Shown here one piece after another: positions 21,904 to 34,409 of a stretch of DNA of 47,885 bases. The DNA lies in NCBI GenBank assembly GCA_002269645.1, contig NIVC01004384.1, positions 1 through 47,885 of the forward strand, read 5' to 3'. The notes under the pieces were generated by a model. That model did no database searches and was not told the origin of the DNA. It saw nothing but the letters and a program-made list of their open reading frames with translations. This DNA is from Macrostomum lignano. Lineage: Eukaryota. Numbering within the stretch: the first letter of the stretch is position 1; the number at the start of each line of letters is the position of its first letter. The position numbers and the translations under genes are program-made.

Positions 21904-23419
21904 AAATTTAAATCTCCACAAAAGTTTACCCTTGGTTTTTAATTAGATGAGTAATTCTACTCTTGAGATCTAGCTCTGTGACTTTCATGCGTTAGCAATA
22001 ATTTCCCAGCAGTCTAGTGACGAGCACACCGCACGGAAAGGGTCGCGCGACCTGCCCCACATGCCCCAGGCACTTATTTTTAACAAATGTGCTTTATCAA
22101 ATTTCAAACAACTTTTACAGGATTGCCTTGCGGTAACTGAGAGCAGTTTTAAAGCATTGCCCGACAATAAGCTGCTCCTAAATGAGTTTTAATAGACTTG
22201 GTGCGTCGGCTACCCCCTGTCTTTGCTTTTACGCACTTTGTTAAAGTTTCTTTGAAGATTAACTCTAACCAATGCGATAAGACCCAATTTTACCCAAGAT
22301 CTTATCGAATTAGACTCCACGCATGTACTTATATGAGTTGAATAAGATGTTTAAAAGCTCTTCTGTGGACAAAAAAAGATGCTCAAGAGGTTTTGCTGTT
22401 CCATCCGTTCGTCTGCGGCCTTCCCGAATCTGTAAGCTGGTAGACCTCAGAGCAAGCGCTTCAAAAAGCCCAGCTACTGATGCAGCACAGCTCGCCAAGC
22501 ATCCCAGCAGCAGCGGTGCAACCCCAAACGAGTTAATCCAGCGAAGTTCAGCAGCTGCGGTACACTATGCAGAGTCTGCAGGCATCGGTGAGCACAAAAT
22601 TCCCAGTTGCAGCAGCTGACAGCCTGCAGAGTGAGAACAAGCATCACGACAAGACCGCATTGCCAGAGATTGCTACGGCAGGCGACAGCGGGAAACGCCA
22701 GAGGCTGGGGTGTGCGGGCCCGCAGCAACCCCGGCCTGCAGTAACTGCGGGCCCAGCAACGCCGGCTTCAACGCCAGCGCTCATAGCCTTCAACGGGTGC
22801 AGCGTCGCGCCCGAAAGACTATCGCAGTGTGAGTGCAATCTTGATGACAGGATTGTGTAGGTGTCGAAGGCGCGACACCGGAAGCCAGCACTTTTGTAGA
22901 CCGTGTCTACTGCGGAAGAAAGATTGAAGCCCCGAAAGAGCCAGTCGCTTCTATATATTTAGCAAGCACCGTACGCAAGCAACAAAGACCCTCGAGGGTC
23001 TCTCATACATGTACGCAAAGCAAAAGGGGCAAAAGGAAAAGGAAGGAACGAACAAGCAAGCAATGGGTGACGCATCGCGACAAAGAACAATCCTACCCCA
23101 CTTCCCTCAACCCCTCTCACACAACACAACTACACTGTACGTCATCACAAGCACTCACTAGTTGAGTCCAGCATCATGACAAAATCTCAGCTCAGACAGA
23201 CAACCACAGCCAGAGTGCAACTTCATTCAGTGAACAAGCAGCCAATTAGCATAGAATTGCCACTCAATCCGCTCGGCAATTTTTTCGTTTTGTCAGGTTT
23301 GGTATTGACTTAGCTCGTACTTTGACTCAGCTGCCAAGTAAGTGTCCATAGACACAGCGGGGAGGCGAGGGTCGCCCAAGGGTAATCCCAAATAATTTAG
23401 GGTAATCCCAAAACATTTA

Positions 23420-26330
23420 GTCTGCTTGCAGAAGGGGATTTCCCGTAAAGCGTGAGCGGCCGAATTTGCCACATTGTCCTGCTGGGGAACATGATCACTG
23501 CCGTCTTAGTCTCAGAGAGTTTTAGACCGCAACGATCCGCCATTGCTCAGGGGCGTAAATGAAATTCTGAAGGAAGTCCCTGAGGGTGTCAGGGGACGGA
23601 CCAGATGCCACCGCGGCGACATCGTCCGCATATCCTACTTTCAGGCCGAGTCAGGCCGAGCATCCGGAAGGAGCTCATCGATGACCATGTTCCAGAGAAC
23701 TGGAGTCAGCATCCCACCTTGCGGGCTATCTTTGCAGACGAGGACCGTCCTCTGGTAGCCCAGCAAACTGGCAGTGGCCGTGCGATGGCTGATCATGTAC
23801 ATATTCCACCTGGTGAGATGCCGAGTGCGTTTGCCTCTCACAGAGGGATCTCAGGAACGCCTCGAAGGGAACGTTATTAAAGGTGCCAATGATATCAAGG
23901 AAGATCCCCAGAGTGAAGCCGTTTCCAAGCATAGCCTTCTCTAGTTTACCGTCCAGGACGTGCAGCGCGCTTTCGGTGGAGCGACCCTCCCGAAAAGCGT
24001 GCCGGTTCTCGCTGACAGGCTTGTTCTTCAGCTCCACAGAGAGAAGGCGCCAAAGCACCAGTCTCTCCATCAGCTTGACCAGGGAGGAGGTCAGGCTGAT
24101 CGGTCTGAAGGATTTGATAGAATGGTAGTCCGGGCGGCCTGGCTTAGGGATGAAAATCACCTTTGCCACGGTCCAAGCCTGTGGGACGCATCCAAGCGTG
24201 ATGCATGCCCGTAAAAGGCTGCAAAGTTTACGCAGGAAGCCTGGGCATTTAACCGCCCCTCTTAGGAGAAGCAAGTACAATACCGTTAGGTCCTGGAGCT
24301 TTGATGGGCTTGAATGAGGTAGCTGCTTTAACGATGCGGTCCTTCATGATGATAGAGGCAGCGAGCGCGTGACCTCCCTCAGAGTGATCCGGGTGGTCGG
24401 TTAGCCGGCTCGTTAGGGAAAAACTCAGAAAGAATTATATCAAGCGTTTCCCGTGGGTTATCCGTGGACGTGCCGGCGTTCTGAGGCTTACTTTTGAGGT
24501 CCAGGGTTCCCAGACGAGGATGAGCCCCGGCATGTCGAGCTCGGCATAACGCATAATGTTGACATAGGCTATGACGTAGTGCTGCAGATTGATCTGAAAA
24601 CACCGGAGTCCCTGGCTGCTGATCATTTTCACAGTTGGGGAATCGTGGAGCAGGTCATCCTCCTTTTCAGAGCTGGTTGGCCCGCAGACCTCCATGGGGA
24701 GTTTCAGCGTCCTCGGCAGTCAGGGTGGCTGTGGAGTCCTCCGCGGGCGTGAGCGAGCCCAGCGTGGACGTAACCGTCGCCTCCCCTACGTGCTTCGGTG
24801 CCGTCACTACCCAGACCCTCTGCCTCGTTGGTCAGGTCGATGCGGGTGACGCCAGCCTTCTAGTGAGTGACAGCCTCGAACCAGTCAGTCAGCGCCTCCC
24901 CACTTTCAGCCCGGCCTTCTGGCTGTTGGGTTGGAGCGCGAGAAGTGCGGACCCGTTCAAGATGCGCCCGGAGGCTCCTGGCCTGGTCCAGCGCGCGATG
25001 AATCAGACCCGACCTTCGGGTGCTCCTGGCAGGTCTGCGGTTTCGGCTGCCGGTTTCAGCAGCGCGGACTGCCTTTCCGGGCTGGGGTCAGCCGTTTGTC
25101 TCAGCTTCTTTGTCGGAGGTGCCTGGGCCCCAGTTCCGGTTTCAGAAGCCTCAGCATGCTTCGTCAGCTTTTCGCTCCTCGCGAGTATGGTCAGCTGAAT
25201 CAGACCAATATGAATTGTGGACTTAGGCGGCAAGCGCTTAGCCCAGTCGTGAGAGAGCCCTAAGATCACAGTGGCCCCCTTCTCCTTGCCGGAAGTGGCG
25301 TGGTGTAGGAGCCCGTTGACCTCGAGGTCAGAGTGCAGCTTCAGCAGGACAATGGCACTAAATGGCACTGCCGGCCGGGATACGCGAAAGCGCTGGGTCT
25401 TTTGTCGCTCGCCCTCGCTAACGAAGACGAGTTTGCCGAGCTTCTTAGGCCAATTCTGTTTCGGCAGAAGCTCGCGTAGACTGCGGCTGCTCTCCTCCGA
25501 GTTGCAACAGATGAAGATGTAGCCGTCAGTCTTGGCTGATCTGACTACGCCCACGGAGCGGCCTGCCAGGAGCTGGTCAATAAGCGCAGCGTTGATGGTG
25601 CGCCAGGTACTGTCGAGTTGATCGGCAGTAAGGTCCTGCTCCTCCACCGGCTCCCGAAGGCCCGACTGCGCTGATGGAAGGTTTGCTGGGTGGCACACCA
25701 GCTGGGGGTGTTTCCTGGGGGGTGGGAGGCAGGGGTTGCTGTGGCTCCTTTCAGCTCAACAGCAGTAGCCTCACCCTCTGAGTTTCCCCCTCCGCAGGTG
25801 GCCAGCCCCCAGCCTCCCTGTCGTGTCGTCGTCGCCGCTCGTTGCAGCGTGAAAGCGGGAAGGAGTGAGCAAGTCACAAGGAAGAGAAGAAAGGAACAAA
25901 AAAGGAGGACCGCTAGCGACCGGTCTACTCCCGGCCTTCCAGCCCATCGGCGCGGTCAAACACCTTAGGCATTAGAGGGTACGTTAAGCAGTACCACGAC
26001 CTGCGGACTGGCGAGCCAGACCAGCAAACCCAAGTTCAGCCAACACCACTGGATGGGTAACCAGCGCCGGAGCCCAGACTGTCCAGCAGCCCTAGGGTCT
26101 CGCTTGAACACACGCGGGGACGAGTACCCTTCGGTCGACTTGCGAGACAGCGTGGGGGTCTGCGGCTGCCGGAGGCAAATAGAGGGTGCAGACCTCCCAC
26201 CAGCTTACCTGCTAAAGATAGGGGCAGGCGTGAGCATCGCAGACCTTAGTCCATAGGCCTGTCTGTCTCATACGTGTACTTTACTGGCATGCTGAATACG
26301 CCTTCACGAGCTCGGGTTTCGTCTGCCTGT
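23420..26330 (-). mobile_element. Degenerate non-LTR retrotransposon (LOA/Lian-like, I group) with ORF1, the APE N-terminus and a partial RT
   Basis: Minus-strand fragments: ORF1 (25003-25698, ILGLSHDWAKRL...HIGLIQLTI), APE start (FQINLQH...LILVWEPW), RT (KVIFIPKPGRPDY...FRPISLTS, HAFREGRSTESALH, LDIIGTF, PQGGMLTPVLWNMVIDELL). It has multiple frameshifts, lacks most of the APE, and has no RNase H or 3' end. Both boundaries are approximate. Confidence 0.88.
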
Positions 26331-26666
26331 TATTTTTGGAGTCGACTTGGAAAACGTACGGGAATGAAAATCTGAGCAGGAGACTATCTTTCAAAGGAGC
26401 AGTCCACTAATGAACGGTTGAACCTGCATGTGTTTCGTTAATCTTACGAGCGTAATTTTACGTCATTATTCACAGCGAATTTTCCATTTTGACTGCGCAA
26501 CTCTACTCTCGTAAGTTACTGAATGCTTATTAAACTGGCAAAGTTCAGAAGCCAGCACTTTATCAGTCGTTCCATGGAAGTCTAGTATTCCATGACTGCA
26601 GGTGTAATTTAAGACAGGGTGGTTAAATTTGTGCTCTAAAGATAAGGCGGGATCGACTTGGAGTTT

Positions 26667-26684
26667 AGTTTAAATATTTAAACT
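26667..26684. promoter_or_regulatory. Perfect 18-bp palindrome upstream of the XDH ATG
   Basis: AGTTTAAATATTTAAACT is its own reverse complement. An identical copy lies upstream of the second XDH copy (47298-47315). Confidence 0.3.
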
Positions 26685-26750
26685 CCGTTATACTCTGTTT
26701 TAACTCTATACTGAAACTCTATAGATACACTTGATTCTATTCTGAGACCG

Positions 26751-29700
26751 ATGGACATGGAGACCAAACTCGTATTCTACGTTAATCAGATGAAGGTAAG
26801 CTTGATTGAAAACTTTCTGCTGGATGGCCAATACTAATAGTTAGTGATAGTGACAGCTTTAGTGCCAGGGCCGCCTAATTGAGTGCTAGGGGCGCCTAAT
26901 TGATTTGTCACGACGCGCCTAATTGAGGGTCAAGGGCGCCTAATTAAGTGTTAGGTGGCATCTAACTGAGCGTCAGGGGTGCCTAATTGAGTGCCAAGGG
27001 CGCCTAATTGATAGTCAGGTGTGCCTAACTGAGTGTCAGGATAGGAGCTGCCACTGTCTTGTACTCTTAGTTTTAGGGTCTGCGACAGCTACTCGCAGCC
27101 CCCCACCTGTTGTTATCGCTCGCTCTTTGAAGCGCCTCTATCTCGCGTTATCTCTCACTCAACTGTTAACCCCTAACCCATTATATAGCTCACTTGCGTA
27201 CTGTAGGCTTGCAACCAGAGCTCATGAATTTATCGAACAAGCGCATCTTGCTCAAAATGTTCTTTTACGTTTTTCTTCGTTTTCAGTGCACTATAATTTG
27301 AGAATTCAACCTACAGTAACCCTAGAAACGATTTTATGTACTGTTATCAATTACTTAGATAAATTAGTCACTGTGAAGACTCTAAAAAAAGAAACCAGGC
27401 ATTGTGATAGCGTCATAATACTACTGTATGTTTTTGAAAATTAGTACGAGCTAGCACTAAAATATTCTAATTATATATTTCCAGATCGTAGAACCCACAC
27501 CGGACCCGGAAGAGACACTAATCTCGTATCTGAGGCGAAAATGTAATAACACTTGCTATTTTTGCTTGTTATGCATAAAAGTACACGGGCCCTTTCAATT
27601 GAACTGTAGATAATTCTACTAATACTCTAATATGTCCCAACACAGGCTAAACCCCTTTACACCAAATCGCTTTTCAGTGCACATTGCCTCCATTCCCCCT
27701 CACAGCTCTATACATCCACCCGTCCGCAATGTACATTGCCATTCTAATCTCACAGCTCTACACCCATCCGTCTCCGTACACTATAAGTAGACCCGCCCAC
27801 GCTCCGCCCCCAGTGCATCTCACCGGCACAAAGCTCGCCTGTGGAGAGGGCGGCTGCGGCGCCTGCACCGTGATGATCTCTCGATGGGACCGGCGGGCCG
27901 ACTCGCCGCTGCACCTCGCCGTCAACGCCTGTCTGGCGCCCCTCTGCTCGGTGCACGGCACCTCCGTCACCACTATCGAAGGCATCGGGCGAAGCGGGGC
28001 GCTGCACGCTGTGCAGGAGCGCCTGGCCAGGGCGCACGGCTCCCAGTGCGGCTTTTGCACGCCCGGCGTCCTGATGTCCGCCTACAGCCTGCTGCGAGAG
28101 CGGCCACATCCTACAGACGCCGAGCTGACGGCCAGTCTTCAGGGCAACCTATGCCGCTGTACCGGCTATCGGCCCATACTGGACGGCCTGAGGTCTCTGT
28201 GTTGCGGTGGCGGCGGCGACAGCAGCAGCGGTTGCTGCGGCGGCGGCCGAGGCTCCTCCGGATGCTGCATGGATGCAAAAGGCTCCGGGGTGGCAACGGA
28301 ACTGTTTGACACGGCCGACCTGCTGCCTTACGATCCCAGCCAGGAGCCGCTGTTCCCCAGCGAGCTGCAGGTTGTTCGATTTCGAACCGGGATTGAAAGC
28401 TGTGCATTTGTTCTGGAATTTAGTTTAACCAAATCGCCAATTTTAATTCATCTAGCTGACGGACCGGTACGACGCAAGTGAGCTACGCTTCACCTCCGAT
28501 CGGGTCACGTGGCATCGGCCAGTCAGCCTGGAGCGGCTTCTGCAGCTCAAATCTGAGCATCCCGAGGCTAAGCTAGTTGTGGGAAATAGCGAGATTGGTG
28601 AGTTGTGGTTCACAGATCATGAATTCTTGCCAGTAGGATTATTGGTAGTTGGAATATTGTAATTAGTACCGATAATATCAGTGGGTATCGTGTCAACAGT
28701 ATCAAAATCTGTGGCTTTCTTGTCAGTAGTAGCAATATCATGTCTGTAGAATGAATTTCAGTATCTTAGATAAATGCAATGCACCTCACCGAATGAACCA
28801 TGCCCAGGCATCGAGGCCAAGCAGAAGGGCGCCATTTATCCGCATCTAATTTGCACTTCCGGCGTGCCTGAGCTGACGTCAATCGAGGCGACACTCGCTG
28901 GTCTTGTGATTGGCGCCAGCGTAAGCCTAACACGCCTGGCGCAGCTGTGCCGGCGCCTGTGCTCGGACGCCAAGGCCGGCGGGCTGTCCTTGGAGCATCA
29001 GAAGCGCGGCTGCCGGGCCCTGCTGGACATGCTGGACCAGTTTGCCGGGCCGCAGATCCGCAACGTTGCGGTAATTGAGATGGGCTGGGGAACCAGCTCA
29101 AACTGCGAGTTAGCAGGGTAGCTCAGTGATTAACGCGTTTGACGCGTTCAAAGTAGTTAGACTCGATTCTGTGCGCAGCCACATGTAATTTGGGGCTCGA
29201 GCCCAACATGAATTAGGCTGTGATGCTTGTGCAGTTCTCGCCCATGAGGGCAGCAGGGAATGTACTAAAGTAAATGGAAAAGCTTAGGGGTCAACGAAAC
29301 GGGCAAGACTGCTTGACTCTTTGCTCTCTGTGAGTCGACTGTCGGCCTGATTCGCCTTCATCTGGAAACTGACCGACTTTTGCTTTTTCTGCAGGCAATC
29401 GGTGGCAATGTGATGACAGCCAGCCCGATCTCGGACCTGATTCCTCTTCTCGGAGCTCTAGGAGCCACCTTGACGCTGGCGTCGCTGCGTGAGTCTGAGC
29501 TGTTGTCTGAGCCATCTCTACGACAACATGCACCGTTTCATTAAACCAAATCATGTTCATAAACCGCAGAGCCCCATGACAACCCATAAGGACCCTTGCT
29601 TTGCCCGCAGGTGGAGAGCGCAACGTGGCAGCGGACCAAAGCTTCTTCGTCGGCTACAGACGCACGGCGGCCAGGCCTGACGAGGTCCTTCGCAGTGTGT

Positions 29701-32700
29701 CGATACCCTTCTGCTCCGAGCGGCAGCACTGCTACGCCGTCAAGCAGGCTCGGCGAAAAGAGGACGACATCGCCATCGTGAACGCAGCAATTTGGGTCGA
29801 CCTGGGGCCCGGCGGAGATCAAGTAGCCGCCGCTCGTCTCTGCTTCGGCGGTCTGGCGCCAACTGTGCTGTCGGCTGGACAGGCCGCCGCCGCCATGGTC
29901 GGGCGCCGCTGGGAGGACGGCGACGCGTTGGAGGCGGGCCTGCGCCAGCTGAAGACAGAGGCTGCGGTCGCCTGGGGCGCTCCGGGAGGACAGGCCGCCT
30001 ACCGGTCTACGCTAGCCGCCTCGATGCTGTTCCGCTTCTACCAGCGCGTCTGCCGCGACGTCGGACTTCCGTTCGACGAGTCCGCTGTAGACGAACTCGA
30101 CCGACGACCACTGTCGGCCACGCAGGTGTTTGAGTCCGTCCCGGCAGACCAACCGATCGAGGACCTCGTGGGGCGGCCAGTTTCCCACGCTAGCGCTATC
30201 GCCCAGGTGACGGGAGAAGCCATGTACACTGACGACGCGCAAGCGGCCGCCGGCGAGCTGTTCCTGGCGCCGGTGATGAGCGACCGGGCCAGAGCGACGG
30301 TGGTCGGCATCGACTTCACGGACGCCCTGGCGATGGACGGCGTGGCCGGTTTCGTGGACAGCCGAGACGTTCCGGGCAGCAACTTGTACGGCTACGCATT
30401 CGATGACGAGCCGGTCTTCGCAAGCTCCGACGTGATGTTTACTGGCCAGTTCCTGGCGGGTGTGCTGGCCGCGGACCGCGACACGGCGCGTCGAGCTGCC
30501 CGCTTGGTGCGCGTGCAGTACGGGCCTGCGGCGGGCTCGCCTGTGGTCACCATCTCAGATGCGGCCGCCTCCGACAGCTTCTTTCCGGAGGAACACTGGA
30601 AGCAGCTGACTGTTGGCGATGTTGACGAGGCGTTCGCCACGGCTGAGCACTGCGTTGAGGGCGAGATGAATGTCGGAGGCCAGGAGCACTTCTACTTCGA
30701 GCCCTTCTCCGTCCTGGTGGAGCCAAAGGACAGCGGCTCGGAGCTGCTAGTTTACGCCACCAGTCAGAACCCGAGCGGCATGCAGAGCGACCTGTCCAAG
30801 GTGACGGGGCTGGCCAGGAATCGCATCGTGGTGAAGGTCAAGCGGATCGGCGGCGGCTTCGGCGGCAAAGAGACGCGGCCGAGCCAGCTCGCCACTCCGG
30901 CTGCGGTGGCCGCGCTGAAGTTCGGCCGGCCAGTGCGGGCCGTACTGGACCGCTGGGACGACATGGCGGTGTCCGGAGGCCGTCACCCGGTCAAGGCGCG
31001 TTACAAGCTGGCAGCGGACAGAGATGGCCGGCTGATCGGGCTGCGCCTGCTCATCTTGCTGAACGCCGGCTGTACGCTGGACATGTCCGAGAACGTGGCC
31101 GGCCGGATGCTACGCGCATGCATGGAGACCTACCGGCTAGCCAGCCTGAGCATTGAGATCCGGCTGTGCCGCACCAACCTCGCCTCCAACACGGCCTTCC
31201 GGGCGTTTGGCACTCCGCAGGCCTGCGCCATCATGGAGACGGCGGTGTCACACCTGGCCGAATCCATGGGCCTCTCGCAGTGCCAGATTCGCGAGCTGAA
31301 CCTGTTCCGCTCCGGCGAGATCACGCCGAACGGAGCTCCGGTGAAGAGCGACAACCTGTGGCGCTGCTGGCAGGAGTGCCTGGCCGCCTCCGACTATCAT
31401 GGCCGCCTGCGAGAGCTTGAGGTCTTTAACCGCGCCAGCCGGCACAAAAAACGTGGCCTGTCTCTCTGCCCCATCGCTTACGGCATCGGCATGGGCAAAA
31501 AATTCCTCTTGCAGAGTGGAGCCACCGTCAACATCTATCTTGACGGCTCCGTGCTGATTTGTCACGGCGGAGTGGAAATGGGCCAGGGAGTGCACACCAA
31601 GCTGCTCCAGGTAGCCGCCAGGGCTCTTCAACTGCCCATCGGGCGGCTGTACATTGCAGAGACTTCCACGGATAAGGTTTGATTCTTTTGAGACAAAGGG
31701 ACATTGCTTGAAGTTCTTCCATATGGAACCTAAGCATAGCTAAAAGTATAAAGGCAGCTTATGAGCTAAGCATAGCAGAGACAGCACAGCGCAGGTTTGA
31801 GCATAGCAAACGACTGCGTAGTAACGGTGGTCGATTTGGGTTCCTAGCCCAGTAGCTCGTACAGCCTGGGTACAGAAGCGTTGGGACGCGCAATAGACCT
31901 ACTAGTTATTAGAACAATTTTTATGATCTTGGCGAGCTCCAGCTCAAATGTTTCAAGCCTGAGCACATTCCAACATATATACTTAATACATATGAGAACT
32001 TGTGGCGGATCTGGCAATCTCATACACAGGACAAAACACAGGAGATAGAGCTTACTGGTCGTATTACTTATGGCTGGCCGTTACTGGGTTAAATTGTTTA
32101 TTGGTAGTAAAAGACCGTCAAACGGCACAGAGCAGGGCAAATCGCCACAGGAGCCCAAGGTAGCGAAGGGGGAGGAGGAGAACAGACGGCAATATAAATA
32201 CCAAAAAAGGTTGGGGCGAGACAGCAGACGACTGACTGCCAAGCCCAGCCAATCAGCGCGCCGCGCAAGGCAGAGCTGATCGGCTGGACCAAGAGGAAGG
32301 GTCACTGAGAAGGTGGAAAGAGAGAAAAAGGGCAGGGAGGACTGGCCAATCAACTGCAGAAAAGCTGGGGGGAAGGAAAGCCGGGTCCCAAACAGAGGGA
32401 GAGAAACTGAGAGAAACAGAGAGAGAGCGAGGGAGCCCCCGGACCAGCCAATCGACTGGCGACCAGCCAGCACGGACTAGAGCTGAAGGTTATCCAGCGC
32501 CAGCACAAGTGCGCAGGCACCCCAAATCAACAATAAGTGCGTAGGCACCACAATGTAACAGGGCTTCTGAGACAGGCTATTCAGTGCATTGCAATAGATT
32601 TCAACACCTCTCCAGGTCCCAAACACAACGGCATCGGCCGCTTCCATAACAACCGACATCAACGCTCCGGCTGTTCTCGACGCCTGCCTGCAGTTGCGCC

Positions 32701-33777
32701 GACGCTTGGCGCCATTCGTCGAGGCGAACCCGACCGCCGCCTGGGAGGACTGGGTTGGCGCCGCCTACCTGGCCGGCGTCAGCCTCTCGGCCTGCGGCTT
32801 CTGCTTCAATCCGCCCAAGGAGGACGCGGACAGGCGCAGCGGCCGGGGCGACTCTGCCCTCTACTTCACCTACGGAGCCGCCTGCTCTGAGGTGGAAATC
32901 GACGCCCTGACCGGCGATCACGTGATCCGACGCTGCGACATCGTTATGGATCTCGGCGCCAGCCTCAACCCGGCTGTCGACATCGGCCAGGTGGAAGGCG
33001 CCTTCACGCAGGGCTGCGGCTTGTACACCATCGAAGACCTTCGCTACTCGCCCGATGGCCGCCTCCTGACCCGCGGGCCCGGCGCTTACAAAATTCCTGG
33101 CTTCTCCGACATCCCGGAGAAGCTGAACATCCGCCTGCTGAGAGGCAGCCGCTGCGAGCACCCCAAAGCCGTTCACTCGTCCAAGGCGGTCGGCGAGCCG
33201 CCGCTGAACCTGGCAGCCTCGGTGCTGACGGCCATCAGGCAGGCGGTGCTGGCGGCCAGGCTGGACAGCCAGGTCGAGCTTCCGAACGGTCATCAGGGCC
33301 AGCTCAGCTTCCAGCTGGACTCGCCGGCGACCTCGGAGCGAATCCGCCTGGCCTGCGGAGGTGGGCTGGTGGCTGAGGTGAGTGCCTGGGGAAACCCGTT
33401 GAGGGCTCATTTAAACCAAAACGATTTGTCCATGGCCAAAAGACGATTTATTCAGGGTAAAGCATGGTTGGGCCGGAGCAGCCTGTCAATATTATAGATG
33501 CTAAAAAATTGTCCAGACGTCGAGTTTCAAGAGCAGTGACTTGAAGCTCGAAATTTTGTTGAAACCGATCTTTTGAAAGTAACTTTAGCGATTGTTTTTG
33601 ACAATTTGAAGTGACCCCATCCATCACAATCCTTTTTTATTCATCGTTGGCAATGTGAGAATAATAGTTTTTGCAATCCTTCGCATCATTTTTACTCATG
33701 CCTTTACCCTCATCAATTGACGCCAGGTGAGCAACACTGACGGAAGCGCCCCATGGGAGGTCCGGCCGTCCGACTGA
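26751..33777 (+). CDS. XDH: Xanthine dehydrogenase/oxidase-family molybdo-flavoenzyme, 1,345 aa, 9 exons
   Basis: Exons 26751-26795, 27485-27542, 27814-28370, 28456-28597, 28808-29070, 29395-29488, 29611-31676, 32616-33377, 33727-33777 all join in phase (4,038 nt). [2Fe-2S] motifs: [34 protein letters not shown] domain: [44 protein letters not shown]. Moco domain: [38 protein letters not shown]. Ends [15 protein letters not shown] at 33856. Confidence 0.93.
26868..27042. repeat. Degenerate ~20-bp tandem repeat in XDH intron 1
   Basis: About 8 copies around the core G(G)CGCCTAATTGA with variable flanks such as GTGTCAGG. Confidence 0.8.
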
Positions 33778-34409
33778 GCTGCACGGGCCGCTGTGCTATT
33801 TGTAGGAAACTTGGCATGCTGGCTTTTAATTAAAATGCAATGCTCGTTTCTATGCAATAAATCAGAGGCATATGCATGAGAAAGGAACTTGGTGCACAAA
33901 CATTTTTTGTTGCCGTGCTGCTTTAAGTTTTTTTAGAGATCCTGGGACAAAAATTTATTTCATTTCTGTATCCGAGTAATTCGAGAATAAAAACTATACA
34001 AGTGAAGTTTTATATCTTATAAATAAACTTACTTTTGGTTAAAAGTATTTGCTTGGTATAAAATTAATTTGACTTCTTAGGTAATAAAATGAAGAAAAAT
34101 ATCATTAATTTAAATAAACTTTTTTCACTTGCTAATTGTTTTGTCAACCGATACGACAATGCTTTTTCCGTGATCGTTGTGTGTTAAATTTGTAAACGAT
34201 ACTTTCTGTGAACTCAGTCTCATCCTGTGAGCAATATTTAATATGTTAACTGTTTTTTTCTGGGAACCGTATTTACTTTTAAACTGTACTTAACAGTATA
34301 AAAGTGATTTAATAAGTCAATCAATCCAGCGGATTGTACGTTCAATTAAAAATCAGCACACACACAAAGTGTAAAAATGAAGCTCTGAGACCAGAATACT
34401 TGGTTTATA

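Noticed and set aside
26100-26330. Definite HDV-like or hammerhead ribozyme at the LINE 5' ends
   Set aside because: P1/P1.1/P2/P3 could not be satisfied simultaneously in both elements, and the GACGAAAC...GTATGAG arrangement lacks the CTGA core. Kept only as an unassigned conserved-structure finding.
31825-31870. tRNA gene or tRNA-derived SINE (GGTTC-containing segment)
   Set aside because: No cloverleaf and no convincing A box; the B-box match is imperfect.
26751-33777. Aldehyde oxidase or a bacterial-type (horizontally acquired) XDH
   Set aside because: E802 and R880 equivalents and the RKEDDIA and FFVGYR motifs favour XDH. The single-chain eukaryotic domain order with eight spliceosomal introns argues against recent bacterial origin.
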